DNA of 21,337 nt from Candidatus Hadarchaeum sp. (GTDB lineage Archaea; Hadarchaeota; Hadarchaeia; Hadarchaeales; Hadarchaeaceae): NCBI RefSeq assembly GCF_049969415.1, contig NZ_JBMFOX010000021.1, forward strand, positions 1-21,337. The letters are read 5' to 3'. Below, piece by piece: positions 7,967-17,209 of the stretch. A program made the translations under genes and the position numbers. Under the pieces are notes generated by a model. That model was not told the DNA's origin. It did no database searches and saw nothing but the letters and a program-made list of their open reading frames with translations. The stretch's first letter is position 1. Each line of letters opens with the position of its first letter.

Positions 7967-9838
7967 TCAGAACAGATCACCGTAAACCGTTTCGTATTGG
8001 GCCAGCACCTCGGGCCAAGTCTCCTCAATTCGGGAATAAATTTTATCCGCATATTCTGGGCGGTCAAAGTAACCCGCAGTGGAATCAGCGAACCGCCAGC
8101 CTTCCCCAAATATGTAGACCTCCGTCCAAGCATGTCCGACGAGGTATTTCCCATCCGGAGTCACACCGGCGATGTCCGTGAAGGGCGGCCCAACTTGGTC
8201 GAAGATTAGAAAACCTGAAACGCGCCTAGCGGGGAGCCCGGCGGTGCGGGCGATGGCTAGGTAAAGATTGGCCTTGTCCAAGCACTTTCCAGATTTCATC
8301 TCCAGCACTTCCTCGGAGGTGAACCAGCCTAGGACCAGCGGACTGGGATAGGTGATGTTGCCGTAGACCCAGCTGCAGGCATTTTCCGCGAAGTCTCGGT
8401 CGGTGGTCTCAGTCTGCTTTAGCTCCGTGATTATCTGTTTCACTCGGTCAGTCCCAGTAACGACGTACTTTTCTCCCAGCGTGAAATAGGCGAGATGGGC
8501 GGGAACTTCAAACCCGCTTTTTTCTAGGTTTCCGCTGGGCACGGGGAGAAACTTCAGCTGGCTGGGCAGTGTTTTCTGCTCCTGGTAATAAGAAAGGGCC
8601 TTCAAGAAGGTGTACAGCGCGTCCTTTGGTCTTATTCTGCCGATGGGGATTTCCAGGCTCTCGGGCACAGTCCTGGTTGCCTCTATTTGGCCGCAGACGT
8701 CTCTGGCCAGAGCCGTCAGGTCATCCAAGTTAAAGGTTTGCAGGAAAGTTCCCCAGCTCCCCCGTTCGGCTTTGGGGCTTGCCACGGCGAGCGGGTGTCC
8801 GCTCTGGAGCAAGGGGCGGGCGTCGTTTTCTTGAATTCTGAGCAGCTGCAGCGCCGAGTAGTAAAGAAGTTGGTAGGGTGTGAGGTTAACCTCGACCCCA
8901 TCTAGGACCACGGTATAAACACTTTTTTCTCTGCCAAACTTGAGGTTGACGGCCACCCCGGCCACGGAGTCGACAAAGTCGACTGGCGGAGGCACGCCTG
9001 CGTACTCAATGGTGATGAATCTGGTGTTTTCCAGGAATTCCGCAGTTGAGATTGAAATCGGTTTGGAGGTGATGGTAATCAGATCTTCCATTACCACTGC
9101 CTGAATCCCGCCGGCATTGACCACGCGGACGGTGCAGGTTTCCCTGGTTCCGCCTCCAAAGTCGATGCTGTATTCGAAATTCAGCTCTCCGGAGTTGGTG
9201 ATCTCAGCTCCGTTGGGTAAGATGTAGGTCATTGTCGAGGTGAGGTTAAGCTGACAGGTACCAGAAAAGTTTTTGGAGAGGAGTGAGAGGTTGCCCTGAA
9301 GATCCTTTATCTGGTTCAAAGTGTTGCTCGTGTACGTTTCTAAGTCAACGGGCTCGACAACGACTTTCCAAACCCCATCCTCCCAGTGGGCCAGTTGACG
9401 TACCGTCCATTCTGCCTTAATCTGTAAATCGTTACCGACCTCCAAGCTGACGAGATCACAATTGGTGACCTCAATCTCTTGGCCGAAGGTAGCATAGGAC
9501 CCCTTCAGTTCGGCGACGTACATCTGCCGGGCGTTCTCCCGGCCAGTCCCATGAACCGGGGTACCGCCAATCGTCCCGCCCGTAAACGATAGCACGTTTA
9601 AATCGGTGAACTCAGACGCCGGCATTTCCATGATCCAGTTTGCTTTTGCATCACCAGAGCCATCAATCCGGAAGGTCGTGTTTTCAAAGTAGTAAAATAT
9701 CTTGGATTCTTCCTCCGTCGGGGATAGTGTGGGCTGGGTCAGCGGATGGATGCTGGCGAACGAGAGCGCAACAACGGCAAACGCCAGAGCGAGGATGAAC
9801 AGCCCCGCCGCCGCCCGTCTCGTTTTACCTCCCTCCAA
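7967..9838 (-). CDS. Secreted/membrane-anchored transglutaminase-like Cys protein with pseudomurein-binding-repeat-like region
   Basis: N-terminal signal/anchor helix; triad GKCLD (Cys codon 8282-8284), GHAWTEV (His 8132-8134), FADST (Asp 8084-8086); PMBR-like segment about 8550-8983. Confidence 0.8.
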   Translation of the reverse strand: MEGGKTRRAAAGLFILALAFAVVALSFASIHPLTQPTLSPTEEESKIFYYFENTTFRIDGSGDAKANWIMEMPASEFTDLNVLSFTGGTIGGTPVHGTGRENARQMYVAELKGSYATFGQEIEVTNCDLVSLEVGNDLQIKAEWTVRQLAHWEDGVWKVVVEPVDLETYTSNTLNQIKDLQGNLSLLSKNFSGTCQLNLTSTMTYILPNGAEITNSGELNFEYSIDFGGGTRETCTVRVVNAGGIQAVVMEDLITITSKPISISTAEFLENTRFITIEYAGVPPPVDFVDSVAGVAVNLKFGREKSVYTVVLDGVEVNLTPYQLLYYSALQLLRIQENDARPLLQSGHPLAVASPKAERGSWGTFLQTFNLDDLTALARDVCGQIEATRTVPESLEIPIGRIRPKDALYTFLKALSYYQEQKTLPSQLKFLPVPSGNLEKSGFEVPAHLAYFTLGEKYVVTGTDRVKQIITELKQTETTDRDFAENACSWVYGNITYPSPLVLGWFTSEEVLEMKSGKCLDKANLYLAIARTAGLPARRVSGFLIFDQVGPPFTDIAGVTPDGKYLVGHAWTEVYIFGEGWRFADSTAGYFDRPEYADKIYSRIEETWPEVLAQYETVYGDLF

Positions 9839-10832
9839 GACCGGCCCTTACTCTCCTCACGGCTTCGACCATGTTCTTTAATTTGCCCACGGCTTCCTCC
9901 CTGGCGCGAGTCTTCAGACCGCAGTCAGGATCTACCCAAAGCTGTTCGGGCCGGAGAACTTCGAGGGCTTTCCTGATCCTCCTCTCGATGGTTTCCACAG
10001 TTTCCACCTCATGGGAGTGGACATCAACCACGCCGAAGGAGAGGTCTTTGGTGAAAGGATGGACGCGGAAGAGTTCGACGAGGTCAAGTTCGGAGTTGGA
10101 CATCTCTAGGTCGAAGTTGTCCACCGGCAGCTGCAGCATCTCGGGATAAATGAACTCGAAAGCACCGTAACAGATGTGGCAGATAAAGTAGGCGTCAATC
10201 CCGCTGGTGACGATGCGCAGGGCCTCAACGGCGAACTCGGAAAGCTCCTCGGGCCGCGCCGATATCGCCGGTTCATCGATTTGGATGATTTTAGCTCCGG
10301 CCTTGGAAAGGGCATTGACCTCTTCATGAAGGGCCTTGGCCAGCGCTAGGCAGGCGTCTCTCCGGGACGGATAATACTCGTTGAATGACCAGTCCATCAT
10401 GGTGTATGGTCCCGTGATCATTCCCTTTAGTGGTTTTTTCGTCAGGCGCTGGGCAAATTTCCACCATTCTACAGTGATTGGTCCCCTCCACCTGATTTCT
10501 CCGGCGATGATGGGCTTTCGGTAGTAGCGGTTGCCATAGCTGCGGACAAGACCGCTAGTTCTGAATCCCTCCAGGTTTTCAGCAAAAAAGGCGGCCATAT
10601 CCCCGCGGTACATCTCTCCATCGACGAGGACATCAATGCCCAGCTCCTCCTGTGTTGTTATCCACTCCTTCGTCGCCTTTTCCTCCAGCGCCTTTAGCTC
10701 GGCTGCCCCGATTTTTTTCGCCGAGAATTTCTGTCTGGCTTCGAGGATGTAGGGCGGCTTGGGCAGGCTCCCCACCGAAGTGGTCGGCAGAAGCGGCAGG
10801 TTGATCCCGAGCCTTTTCAGTTTTTCGGGCAT
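9825..10832 (-). CDS. metE: Cobalamin-independent methionine synthase, catalytic (C-terminal) half of split MetE
   Basis: PTTSVGSLPKP, DGEMYRGDM, GPYTM, IQIDEPA; Zn ligands H-x-C (CHICYG) and DPDCGLKTR. Confidence 0.9.
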   Translation of the reverse strand: MPEKLKRLGINLPLLPTTSVGSLPKPPYILEARQKFSAKKIGAAELKALEEKATKEWITTQEELGIDVLVDGEMYRGDMAAFFAENLEGFRTSGLVRSYGNRYYRKPIIAGEIRWRGPITVEWWKFAQRLTKKPLKGMITGPYTMMDWSFNEYYPSRRDACLALAKALHEEVNALSKAGAKIIQIDEPAISARPEELSEFAVEALRIVTSGIDAYFICHICYGAFEFIYPEMLQLPVDNFDLEMSNSELDLVELFRVHPFTKDLSFGVVDVHSHEVETVETIERRIRKALEVLRPEQLWVDPDCGLKTRAREEAVGKLKNMVEAVRRVRAGLGGR

Positions 10833-11824
10833 CAGAACATCCTCCTAGCTCTTTCGGCAACTGTGGCCACAATCTGAAGTTTTTTGAACGCGATGTCTCG
10901 AGGGAGATAGTCGCCCAAGCCACAGGAGGTGTTCAGATAGATGTTTTCACCATGCAGAGCTGAGATAATTCTTTGCAGCTTCTCTAGTATTTCCTCAGGT
11001 CTTTCGAGCTTGGTGTTCCTTCCGTCGATCAGTCCCAGCCCGATATCCTTGTCGCATCCTAGCCTCTCAATTAGTTGTGGTAGCGTGGGGCTGTAGGTGA
11101 AATCCAGCCCGACTGCGTCCACGGGTAGCTCCAGCATTTTTTCATAGAGGGGGGCCGCGTCGCCGAAGTAGGTGTAGAGCGCTAGATGGGACCGCCCCTT
11201 CTCCGCAGAGACGGTTTCGATTGCTTCGGAGAACAGGTCAAATTCCTCTGGGTGTTTCAGAATCGCGGGCTCATCCAGCTGGATTATTTCGGCACCCTCC
11301 TGTTCCAAATCTTTCACCTCATCGGCGATTATCTCGGCAAAGTCTTTAACTATCCTTTGCAGGCCGAAACCGCCATGGTCAATGGAAAGCTTGGCCAGCG
11401 TGTAAGGACCGGTAAGCACCGGCTTCACCGGTTTTTTGGAGAACTTTTTGGCAAAGGAGAACTCCTTCAGGATTGTTGGCCCGGCGCGCGAGAGCCTGTT
11501 CTCGATTACCGGCTGTCGGAAGTAAAAGTTGGTGTCGAAGAACCTGAGGAGGCCGTTTATCTTGCAGCCCTTCACTGATCTCGCTATGTGTGAGATTGGG
11601 TCATACCATCTTACCTGGCCATCGGTGACGATGTCCAGTCCGGCCCTAATCTGTTCCTCGATGACATCCCGCGTGACTTCATCTTGGACGCGTTCGAATT
11701 CCTCCAAGGTGATCTCGCCACGCTCCAGCTGGGCGTAGGCCTGGCGGTGCCGCTGTTGTTCCAAGCTGTCGCCGATGCGAGGGTAGCTCCCGGCGCTGGT
11801 AGATATAATCTTCATTTGAATCAT
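10832..11824 (-). CDS. MetE N-terminal-like half (split MetE subunit)
   Basis: GSYPRIG, TDGQVRWYD, RFFDTNFYFRQP, VLTGPYTL, YTYFG in place of HxC, IDGRN; its TGA overlaps the ATG of the catalytic half (TGATG). Confidence 0.88.
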   Translation of the reverse strand: MIQMKIISTSAGSYPRIGDSLEQQRHRQAYAQLERGEITLEEFERVQDEVTRDVIEEQIRAGLDIVTDGQVRWYDPISHIARSVKGCKINGLLRFFDTNFYFRQPVIENRLSRAGPTILKEFSFAKKFSKKPVKPVLTGPYTLAKLSIDHGGFGLQRIVKDFAEIIADEVKDLEQEGAEIIQLDEPAILKHPEEFDLFSEAIETVSAEKGRSHLALYTYFGDAAPLYEKMLELPVDAVGLDFTYSPTLPQLIERLGCDKDIGLGLIDGRNTKLERPEEILEKLQRIISALHGENIYLNTSCGLGDYLPRDIAFKKLQIVATVAERARRMF

Positions 11825-11859
11825 ATTCGATATTTTCTTGAAAGTTAAATACCTACCCG

Positions 11860-12489
11860 GTGAAGATAGAAGGGGGATTGAACTTGGAGATAAGCAAAAA
11901 ATTCCATCCGCACCCGAACCTGAAGAAGCTCTACTACAGCTATCTGGCGCTTGCGGCCGCGGTGCCGTTGGCCGCCTGCCTGTTTGTCCTTTATGCCGCT
12001 ATGACCTATGCCCCTGAGATATGGCCCGGCAGCTGGCCATATCTGATGATACCGTTGGCACTCGTGGTGGCCATCGTTGCCTTCGTTGCGTACTGGATTC
12101 GGAAGTACTATGACTCCATCACCTACACGCTGACCTCTGAGGAAGTATTAGTCGAGCGGGGTGTGTGGTGGAAGATGAAGCATACGGTCCCCTATGCGCG
12201 GGTGATGTCGATAGATGTTATCCAGGGCCCCTTGTCGCGTAGGTTTGGAATCGGATCTGTGCAGATATACACCGCCGGATATACCGGGCCTGCAGGCGGG
12301 ACTTCTGGACCTGGGCACCGCGGAGCAGAAGCTTCGATCTGGGGAGTGACCAACTTTTTAGAGATCAGAGAGGCCATCTTAAAACACGTTAGGAGCCGAC
12401 CGCTGTTTGGGACACCCAAACCCCAAGCGGACGTTGGGGCCGAGATACTGAAGGAGCTGAAAAGCATAAGAAAAGCCCTGTCGCGGTGA
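11860..12489 (+). CDS. Membrane protein with bacterial PH (bPH_2/YdbS-like) domain
   Basis: Two N-terminal TM helices, then YTLTSEEVLVERGVWW...VPYARVMSIDVIQGPLSRRFGIGSVQIYTAG. Confidence 0.8.
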   Translation: MKIEGGLNLEISKKFHPHPNLKKLYYSYLALAAAVPLAACLFVLYAAMTYAPEIWPGSWPYLMIPLALVVAIVAFVAYWIRKYYDSITYTLTSEEVLVERGVWWKMKHTVPYARVMSIDVIQGPLSRRFGIGSVQIYTAGYTGPAGGTSGPGHRGAEASIWGVTNFLEIREAILKHVRSRPLFGTPKPQADVGAEILKELKSIRKALSR

Positions 12490-12498
12490 GGTGGGCGG

Positions 12499-13419
12499 AT
12501 GGGAGAAGGAAAAGGCTACGGAAAAGTAATCCTCATCAATGAACACTTTGTGGTCTACGGAATACCCTCCATCGTCTCCGCCATCGAGAAGGCCACAGTG
12601 GCCAGGGTTGAAAGGGAGGAAGGCTCGGGGTGGGTCCTTGATGACCGCAGACCGGCCACGCCTGGATACAAGGAGGAGAAGCTGGAACAGCAGCGGGACT
12701 CGATTGAGCGGATAATCAGAGCTGTTGGGGTCGATCTCTCCCGGACCTCAATCAAGATCACATTGGAGGGCGACCTCGTGGCGGCTAGCGGAATCGGGGC
12801 CAGTGCGGCCTCCTGCGTGGCCATAGCCCGGGCACTTTCCGAGGAGTTCAACCTCTCATTGACCGATGACCAGATTAACCAGATTGCCTATGAGGGGGAG
12901 AAGGCCTATCACGGCAATCCCTCTGGGGTGGACAATACCGCCGCCACCTACGGAGGGTTGCTTTGGTTCGTCCGTGGAAAGCCAATTGAACGGATTTCCA
13001 TCAGGCGCCCGGTGGAGATCGTGATGGCCAATACCGGTCTGGTTGCCAATACTGAGGCGGCTGTGGCTGGCGTCAGAGAGCGCCGGCAGAAAAACCCGGC
13101 CAAGTATGAACGGATTTTCAAGGAGGCGGAGGAGCTCGCCTACATCGCTAGGAAAGCGCTGGTCGACTACGATTTAAGGACGGTCGGGATACTTATGAAC
13201 CGAAACCACGAGCTCCTCCAGGCGATAGAGGTTTCCTGCAAGGAGCTGGACTTTCTCGTCGAGCTGGCCAGAGAAAATGGCGCCTACGGGGCAAAGATGA
13301 CTGGTGGCGGTCTGGGGGGCAACATGGTGGCGCTCACCCCGGGCAGGGAACTACAGGAGAGGGTGGCTCGGGCGATAAGAAGGGAGGGTTTTGAAGCCCT
13401 TGTGACTAGGATCGGGTGA
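12499..13419 (+). CDS. mvk: Mevalonate kinase (GHMP family)
   Basis: GKVILxxEHFVVYG, SGIGASAA, HGNPSGVD, GAKMTGGGLGG; mevalonate-pathway neighbours. Confidence 0.92.
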   Translation: MGEGKGYGKVILINEHFVVYGIPSIVSAIEKATVARVEREEGSGWVLDDRRPATPGYKEEKLEQQRDSIERIIRAVGVDLSRTSIKITLEGDLVAASGIGASAASCVAIARALSEEFNLSLTDDQINQIAYEGEKAYHGNPSGVDNTAATYGGLLWFVRGKPIERISIRRPVEIVMANTGLVANTEAAVAGVRERRQKNPAKYERIFKEAEELAYIARKALVDYDLRTVGILMNRNHELLQAIEVSCKELDFLVELARENGAYGAKMTGGGLGGNMVALTPGRELQERVARAIRREGFEALVTRIG

Positions 13420-13423
13420 TGTT

Positions 13424-14698
13424 GTGGATTTGCGCAGTTTCCTCAAACTGCTCGACGAAAAGGGCTTGCTTACGAGGATCAGGCGCCCCGTAGACACGAA
13501 GTATGAGATCTCCACCTTAATCCGGCTCAAGAATGATAGGCCTCTGCTGTTCGAGAACGTTAAGGGATTTTCCATGCCGGTGGTGGCCAACCTCTGCTCC
13601 ACGCGCGAGTTGGTGGCCCTGGGTCTTGGCATCAGACCGGAGGAAATAATCTCTAAACTAGCGTGGGCAATCGATAACCCTCGAGAGCCCCGGGTGGTCT
13701 CGGCCGATGACTATCATGAGGTTACCGCCGACCTCACCCAATTTCCAATACTTTGGCACTACCCGTTTGATGGTGGACCCTACCTCTCCTCGGCCGTGGT
13801 GATCGCGCGGGACCCTGAACTCGGGTTGAACGCCTCCTTCCACCGGATGATGGTAATCGGGAGAGATCGAGTGGTGGTTAGGATACTGCCGCGTGATTTT
13901 GATGCCTATCTCAAGCGCGGTAACAAGGAGTTCGCTATCTGCATCGGCAATTCCATCCCGGTTTTGGTTGCAGCCGCGGTCTCGGTGGAGCTTGGGAAAA
14001 GCGAGTTGAGCATCGCCAACGCTCTGGGCGAGACCAATCTGATTGAGCTGAACGGACATCTGGTTCCGGAGGCGGAAATAGTGATGATTGCCGAGATGAC
14101 GGGAGAGGAACACGACGAGGGGCCGTTTGTCGACCTCACGGAAATCCCGGACATAGTGAGAAAGCAGCCGGTGGCCCGAATCAAGAGGATGTTTGTCAGA
14201 GAGGGGGCCGTTTACCATGCCCTGCTCCCCGGAGGATTGGAGCACAAGACGCTGATGGGGATGCCGCGCGAGCCGACGATTTTTCGCGAGGTCAACAGCG
14301 TCTGCGAGTGCAAAGACGTTTACATCACCCCGGCGGGATGCTCTTGGCTGCACGCCGTGGTCAGCATAAAGAAGAAGCACCCCGATGACGGTAAAAAAGC
14401 GATTGAGGCGGCCTTCCGAGGACACAAGTCGTTAAAGCATGTCTGGGTGGTCGACGAGGACATCGATGTTCATAACCCGCATGAGGTTGAGTGGGCGATG
14501 GCCACGAGGTTCCAAGGGGACCGGGACATCATTATGAAACGTGAGCCCGGATCATCGCTTGACCCATCCTCAGACATGAAGACGAGGATGACCACAAAAA
14601 TGGGCTTTGATTTGACAATTCCCTGGGGTGAGGGTCAGAAGGGTTTCTTCAAGCCGGAGCCCCCGCTGAAATTGAAGTTTGAGGATTATCTGGAATGA
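13424..14698 (+). CDS. UbiD-family prFMN decarboxylase, probably trans-anhydromevalonate 5-phosphate decarboxylase
   Basis: DGGPYL, NASFHRMM, EGPFVD, VVDEDIDVHNP.EVEWAMATRFQ, GSSLDPS; directly follows mvk. Confidence 0.88.
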   Translation: MDLRSFLKLLDEKGLLTRIRRPVDTKYEISTLIRLKNDRPLLFENVKGFSMPVVANLCSTRELVALGLGIRPEEIISKLAWAIDNPREPRVVSADDYHEVTADLTQFPILWHYPFDGGPYLSSAVVIARDPELGLNASFHRMMVIGRDRVVVRILPRDFDAYLKRGNKEFAICIGNSIPVLVAAAVSVELGKSELSIANALGETNLIELNGHLVPEAEIVMIAEMTGEEHDEGPFVDLTEIPDIVRKQPVARIKRMFVREGAVYHALLPGGLEHKTLMGMPREPTIFREVNSVCECKDVYITPAGCSWLHAVVSIKKKHPDDGKKAIEAAFRGHKSLKHVWVVDEDIDVHNPHEVEWAMATRFQGDRDIIMKREPGSSLDPSSDMKTRMTTKMGFDLTIPWGEGQKGFFKPEPPLKLKFEDYLE

Positions 14699-14806
14699 AA
14701 CGATAAAATTTAAAAAACCGTTATCTTAAAAGTTAAAGGATTATCGGGTTGCAGGATTTAAATTCTTGAAATGCTGCTTGCGAGCCGGTTTTCTGAGGTG
14801 GTGGGG

Positions 14807-15319
14807 ATGGCGGCGGAGGTAAAGGTGGAACCGGAGACACAAAAGCTGCAGGAAAAGCTGATCGAGCTGCAGCGGGAGATGGAGGAGAAGGCCAAGCTAG
14901 CTGAAGAAAGGCTGAACCAGCTGAAATATCTGCAGGCCGATTTTGAGAACTACCGGAAGAGTCTGGACCGGGAAAGGGAGCAAATCATAGAGCTGGCTAA
15001 CGAAGGTTTGATCAAGGATTTGCTGGTCGTGCTGGATGATTTCGAGAGGGCCTTGGGATCGATGAAAGAGGGTAAAGACAAGGAAGGGCTGCGAATGTTG
15101 TATAAAAACTTTTTTAAGATCTTGGAACAGCGCGGTTTGAGACCGATCGAAGCCTTGGGAAAGAAGTTCGACCCCTACTATCATGAGGCAGTTTTGCGAG
15201 AAAAATCGGATCAGGAGGAGGGGACGGTTCTCGAGGAGCTGCAGAAGGGTTATATGCTTAAATCCAAGGTCATTCGACATTCGAAAGTGAAGGTCGCGGT
15301 AAAATCAGGGGAGGGATGA
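14807..15319 (+). CDS. grpE: Nucleotide exchange factor GrpE
   Basis: [35 protein letters not shown]; ATG 14807 follows GAGGTGG (ORF open from 14771). Confidence 0.95.
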   Translation: MAAEVKVEPETQKLQEKLIELQREMEEKAKLAEERLNQLKYLQADFENYRKSLDREREQIIELANEGLIKDLLVVLDDFERALGSMKEGKDKEGLRMLYKNFFKILEQRGLRPIEALGKKFDPYYHEAVLREKSDQEEGTVLEELQKGYMLKSKVIRHSKVKVAVKSGEG

Positions 15320-15323
15320 TTTT

Positions 15324-17192
15324 ATGGCCAAGGAGAAGATTATCGGGATAGATCTCGGCACCTCGAACAGTCAGGCCGCGGTCGTGATCGGAGGTAAACC
15401 TACCATCATCCCCTCTGCGGAGGGGCCAACCGTGGCCGGAAAGATGTTCCCCTCAGTGGTGGCCTTCACCAAAGACGGGCAGCTGTTAGTTGGCGAGCCC
15501 GCGAGGAGACAGGCGGTTTCCAACCCTGAGGGAACGATTATCGGTGTCAAGAGAAAGATGGGGACTGATTATAAGTACAAAATTTATGGCAAGGAATACA
15601 CCCCTCAACAGATTTCGGCGTTTATCCTGCAGAAGATTAAGCGTGACGCCGAGGCATTCCTTGGGGAGGAGGTCAAAAAGGCAGTGATAACCGTCCCAGC
15701 TTACTTCAACGACAACCAGCGAACGGCCACCAAAGATGCCGGCACCATCGCGGGATTAGAGGTGGTGCGGCTGGTCAACGAGCCTACGGCTGCAGCGATG
15801 GCCTATGGATTGGACAAGGAGGGTGAGCACAAGATCTTGGTCTTCGACTTCGGCGGCGGTACCCTCGACGTCACCATCATGGAGTTTGGCGAGGGAACCT
15901 TCACCGTGTTGTCGACTGCGGGGGACACCCAGCTCGGTGGGACCGATATGGACAACGCCATCATCGACTGGATTGTGGAGCGGTTCAAGGAGCAGGAGGG
16001 CATCGACCTTAGAAATGACAAGACAGCGATGCAGCGAATCAGGGAGGCGGCGGAGAAGGCAAAGATTGAACTCTCCACAGTCTTGGAGACCGAGATTAAC
16101 CTCCCCTATATCACCGCGGATAAAGACGGGCCCAAGCACCTCTCCCTGAAGCTGACCAGGGCCAAGCTGGAGCAGCTGGTAGAGCCCATAATCAACCGAT
16201 GTATTGGACCGATTGAACAGGCGCTTGCTGATGCTAAGCTGACCAAGGATGATATCGACAAGGTGATTCTGGTCGGCGGGCCCACGCGGATGCCCTGCGT
16301 GCAGAGGTTTGTCGAGGAGAAAATCGGCAAGAAACTGGTGAGAGGGTTAGATCCCATGGAGTGCGTCGCCATGGGAGCTGCAATTCAAGGTGCAATTCTA
16401 GCCGGGGAAATCAAGGACATTGTTCTACTCGACGTCACGCCACTCACGCTCGGGATTGAGACGCTAGGAGGCGTGATGACCCCGATTATCCCGCGAAACA
16501 CCACGATACCCGTAAGGAAAAGCCAGATCTTTACCACGGTCGCAGATTTTCAGACGGCCGTGACCATCCACGTGCTCCAGGGAGAGAGGACGATGGCTGC
16601 GGACAACACTAGCTTGGGCAAGTTCAACTTGACGGGAATTCCGCCTGCTCCAAGAGGGATACCCCAGATCGAGGTGACCTTCGACATCGACGCCTCTGGA
16701 ATTCTGCATGTCTCGGCGAAGGACCTCGGCACCGGAAAGGAACAGAAGATAACGATCACCGCCTCAACCAAACTCTCTGACAAGGAGATCGAGCGGATGA
16801 TCAAGGAGGCCAAGGAGCACGAGGAGGAGGACCGGAGGAAGAGGGAAGAGATTGAGCTCAGGAACAACGCCGATGCCTTAATTTACACCACGGAGAAGAC
16901 CCTTTCCGAGCTCGGGGAAAAGCTGAGCCAGGAACAGAAGGAAAAAGTTGAGTCGTCGCTGAAGTCGCTAAAAGCGGCGCTGGAGGGCAAGGACGTGGGC
17001 AAAATCAGGGTAGAGATGGATAAGCTGCAGAAGGCTCTGCAGGAGGCCGGTGCCACTATCTATCAGGAGGCCGCGCGTCGATATGCCGAGGAGCAGGCGA
17101 AGCAGAAGGCGGGAGCGGAGAAAACAGAGGGCGGCGGGGGTAAGAAGGACAAGGAAAAAGTGATCGATGCCGACTTCAAGGTAGAGGAATAA
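15324..17192 (+). CDS. dnaK: Chaperone DnaK (Hsp70), short archaeal/Gram-positive type
   Basis: [49 protein letters not shown]; lacks the subdomain IB insertion typical of Gram-negative DnaK. Confidence 0.98.
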   Translation: MAKEKIIGIDLGTSNSQAAVVIGGKPTIIPSAEGPTVAGKMFPSVVAFTKDGQLLVGEPARRQAVSNPEGTIIGVKRKMGTDYKYKIYGKEYTPQQISAFILQKIKRDAEAFLGEEVKKAVITVPAYFNDNQRTATKDAGTIAGLEVVRLVNEPTAAAMAYGLDKEGEHKILVFDFGGGTLDVTIMEFGEGTFTVLSTAGDTQLGGTDMDNAIIDWIVERFKEQEGIDLRNDKTAMQRIREAAEKAKIELSTVLETEINLPYITADKDGPKHLSLKLTRAKLEQLVEPIINRCIGPIEQALADAKLTKDDIDKVILVGGPTRMPCVQRFVEEKIGKKLVRGLDPMECVAMGAAIQGAILAGEIKDIVLLDVTPLTLGIETLGGVMTPIIPRNTTIPVRKSQIFTTVADFQTAVTIHVLQGERTMAADNTSLGKFNLTGIPPAPRGIPQIEVTFDIDASGILHVSAKDLGTGKEQKITITASTKLSDKEIERMIKEAKEHEEEDRRKREEIELRNNADALIYTTEKTLSELGEKLSQEQKEKVESSLKSLKAALEGKDVGKIRVEMDKLQKALQEAGATIYQEAARRYAEEQAKQKAGAEKTEGGGGKKDKEKVIDADFKVEE

Positions 17193-17209
17193 TCTCCTTT
17201 TAGATTAAC

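Noticed and set aside
13658-14425. 255-aa antisense ORF within the UbiD gene
   Set aside because: Shadow ORF of a well-supported gene.
14715-14740. Possible Phr/HSR1-type heat-shock element
   Set aside because: Spacing is off by one and half-sites are degenerate relative to the known consensus.
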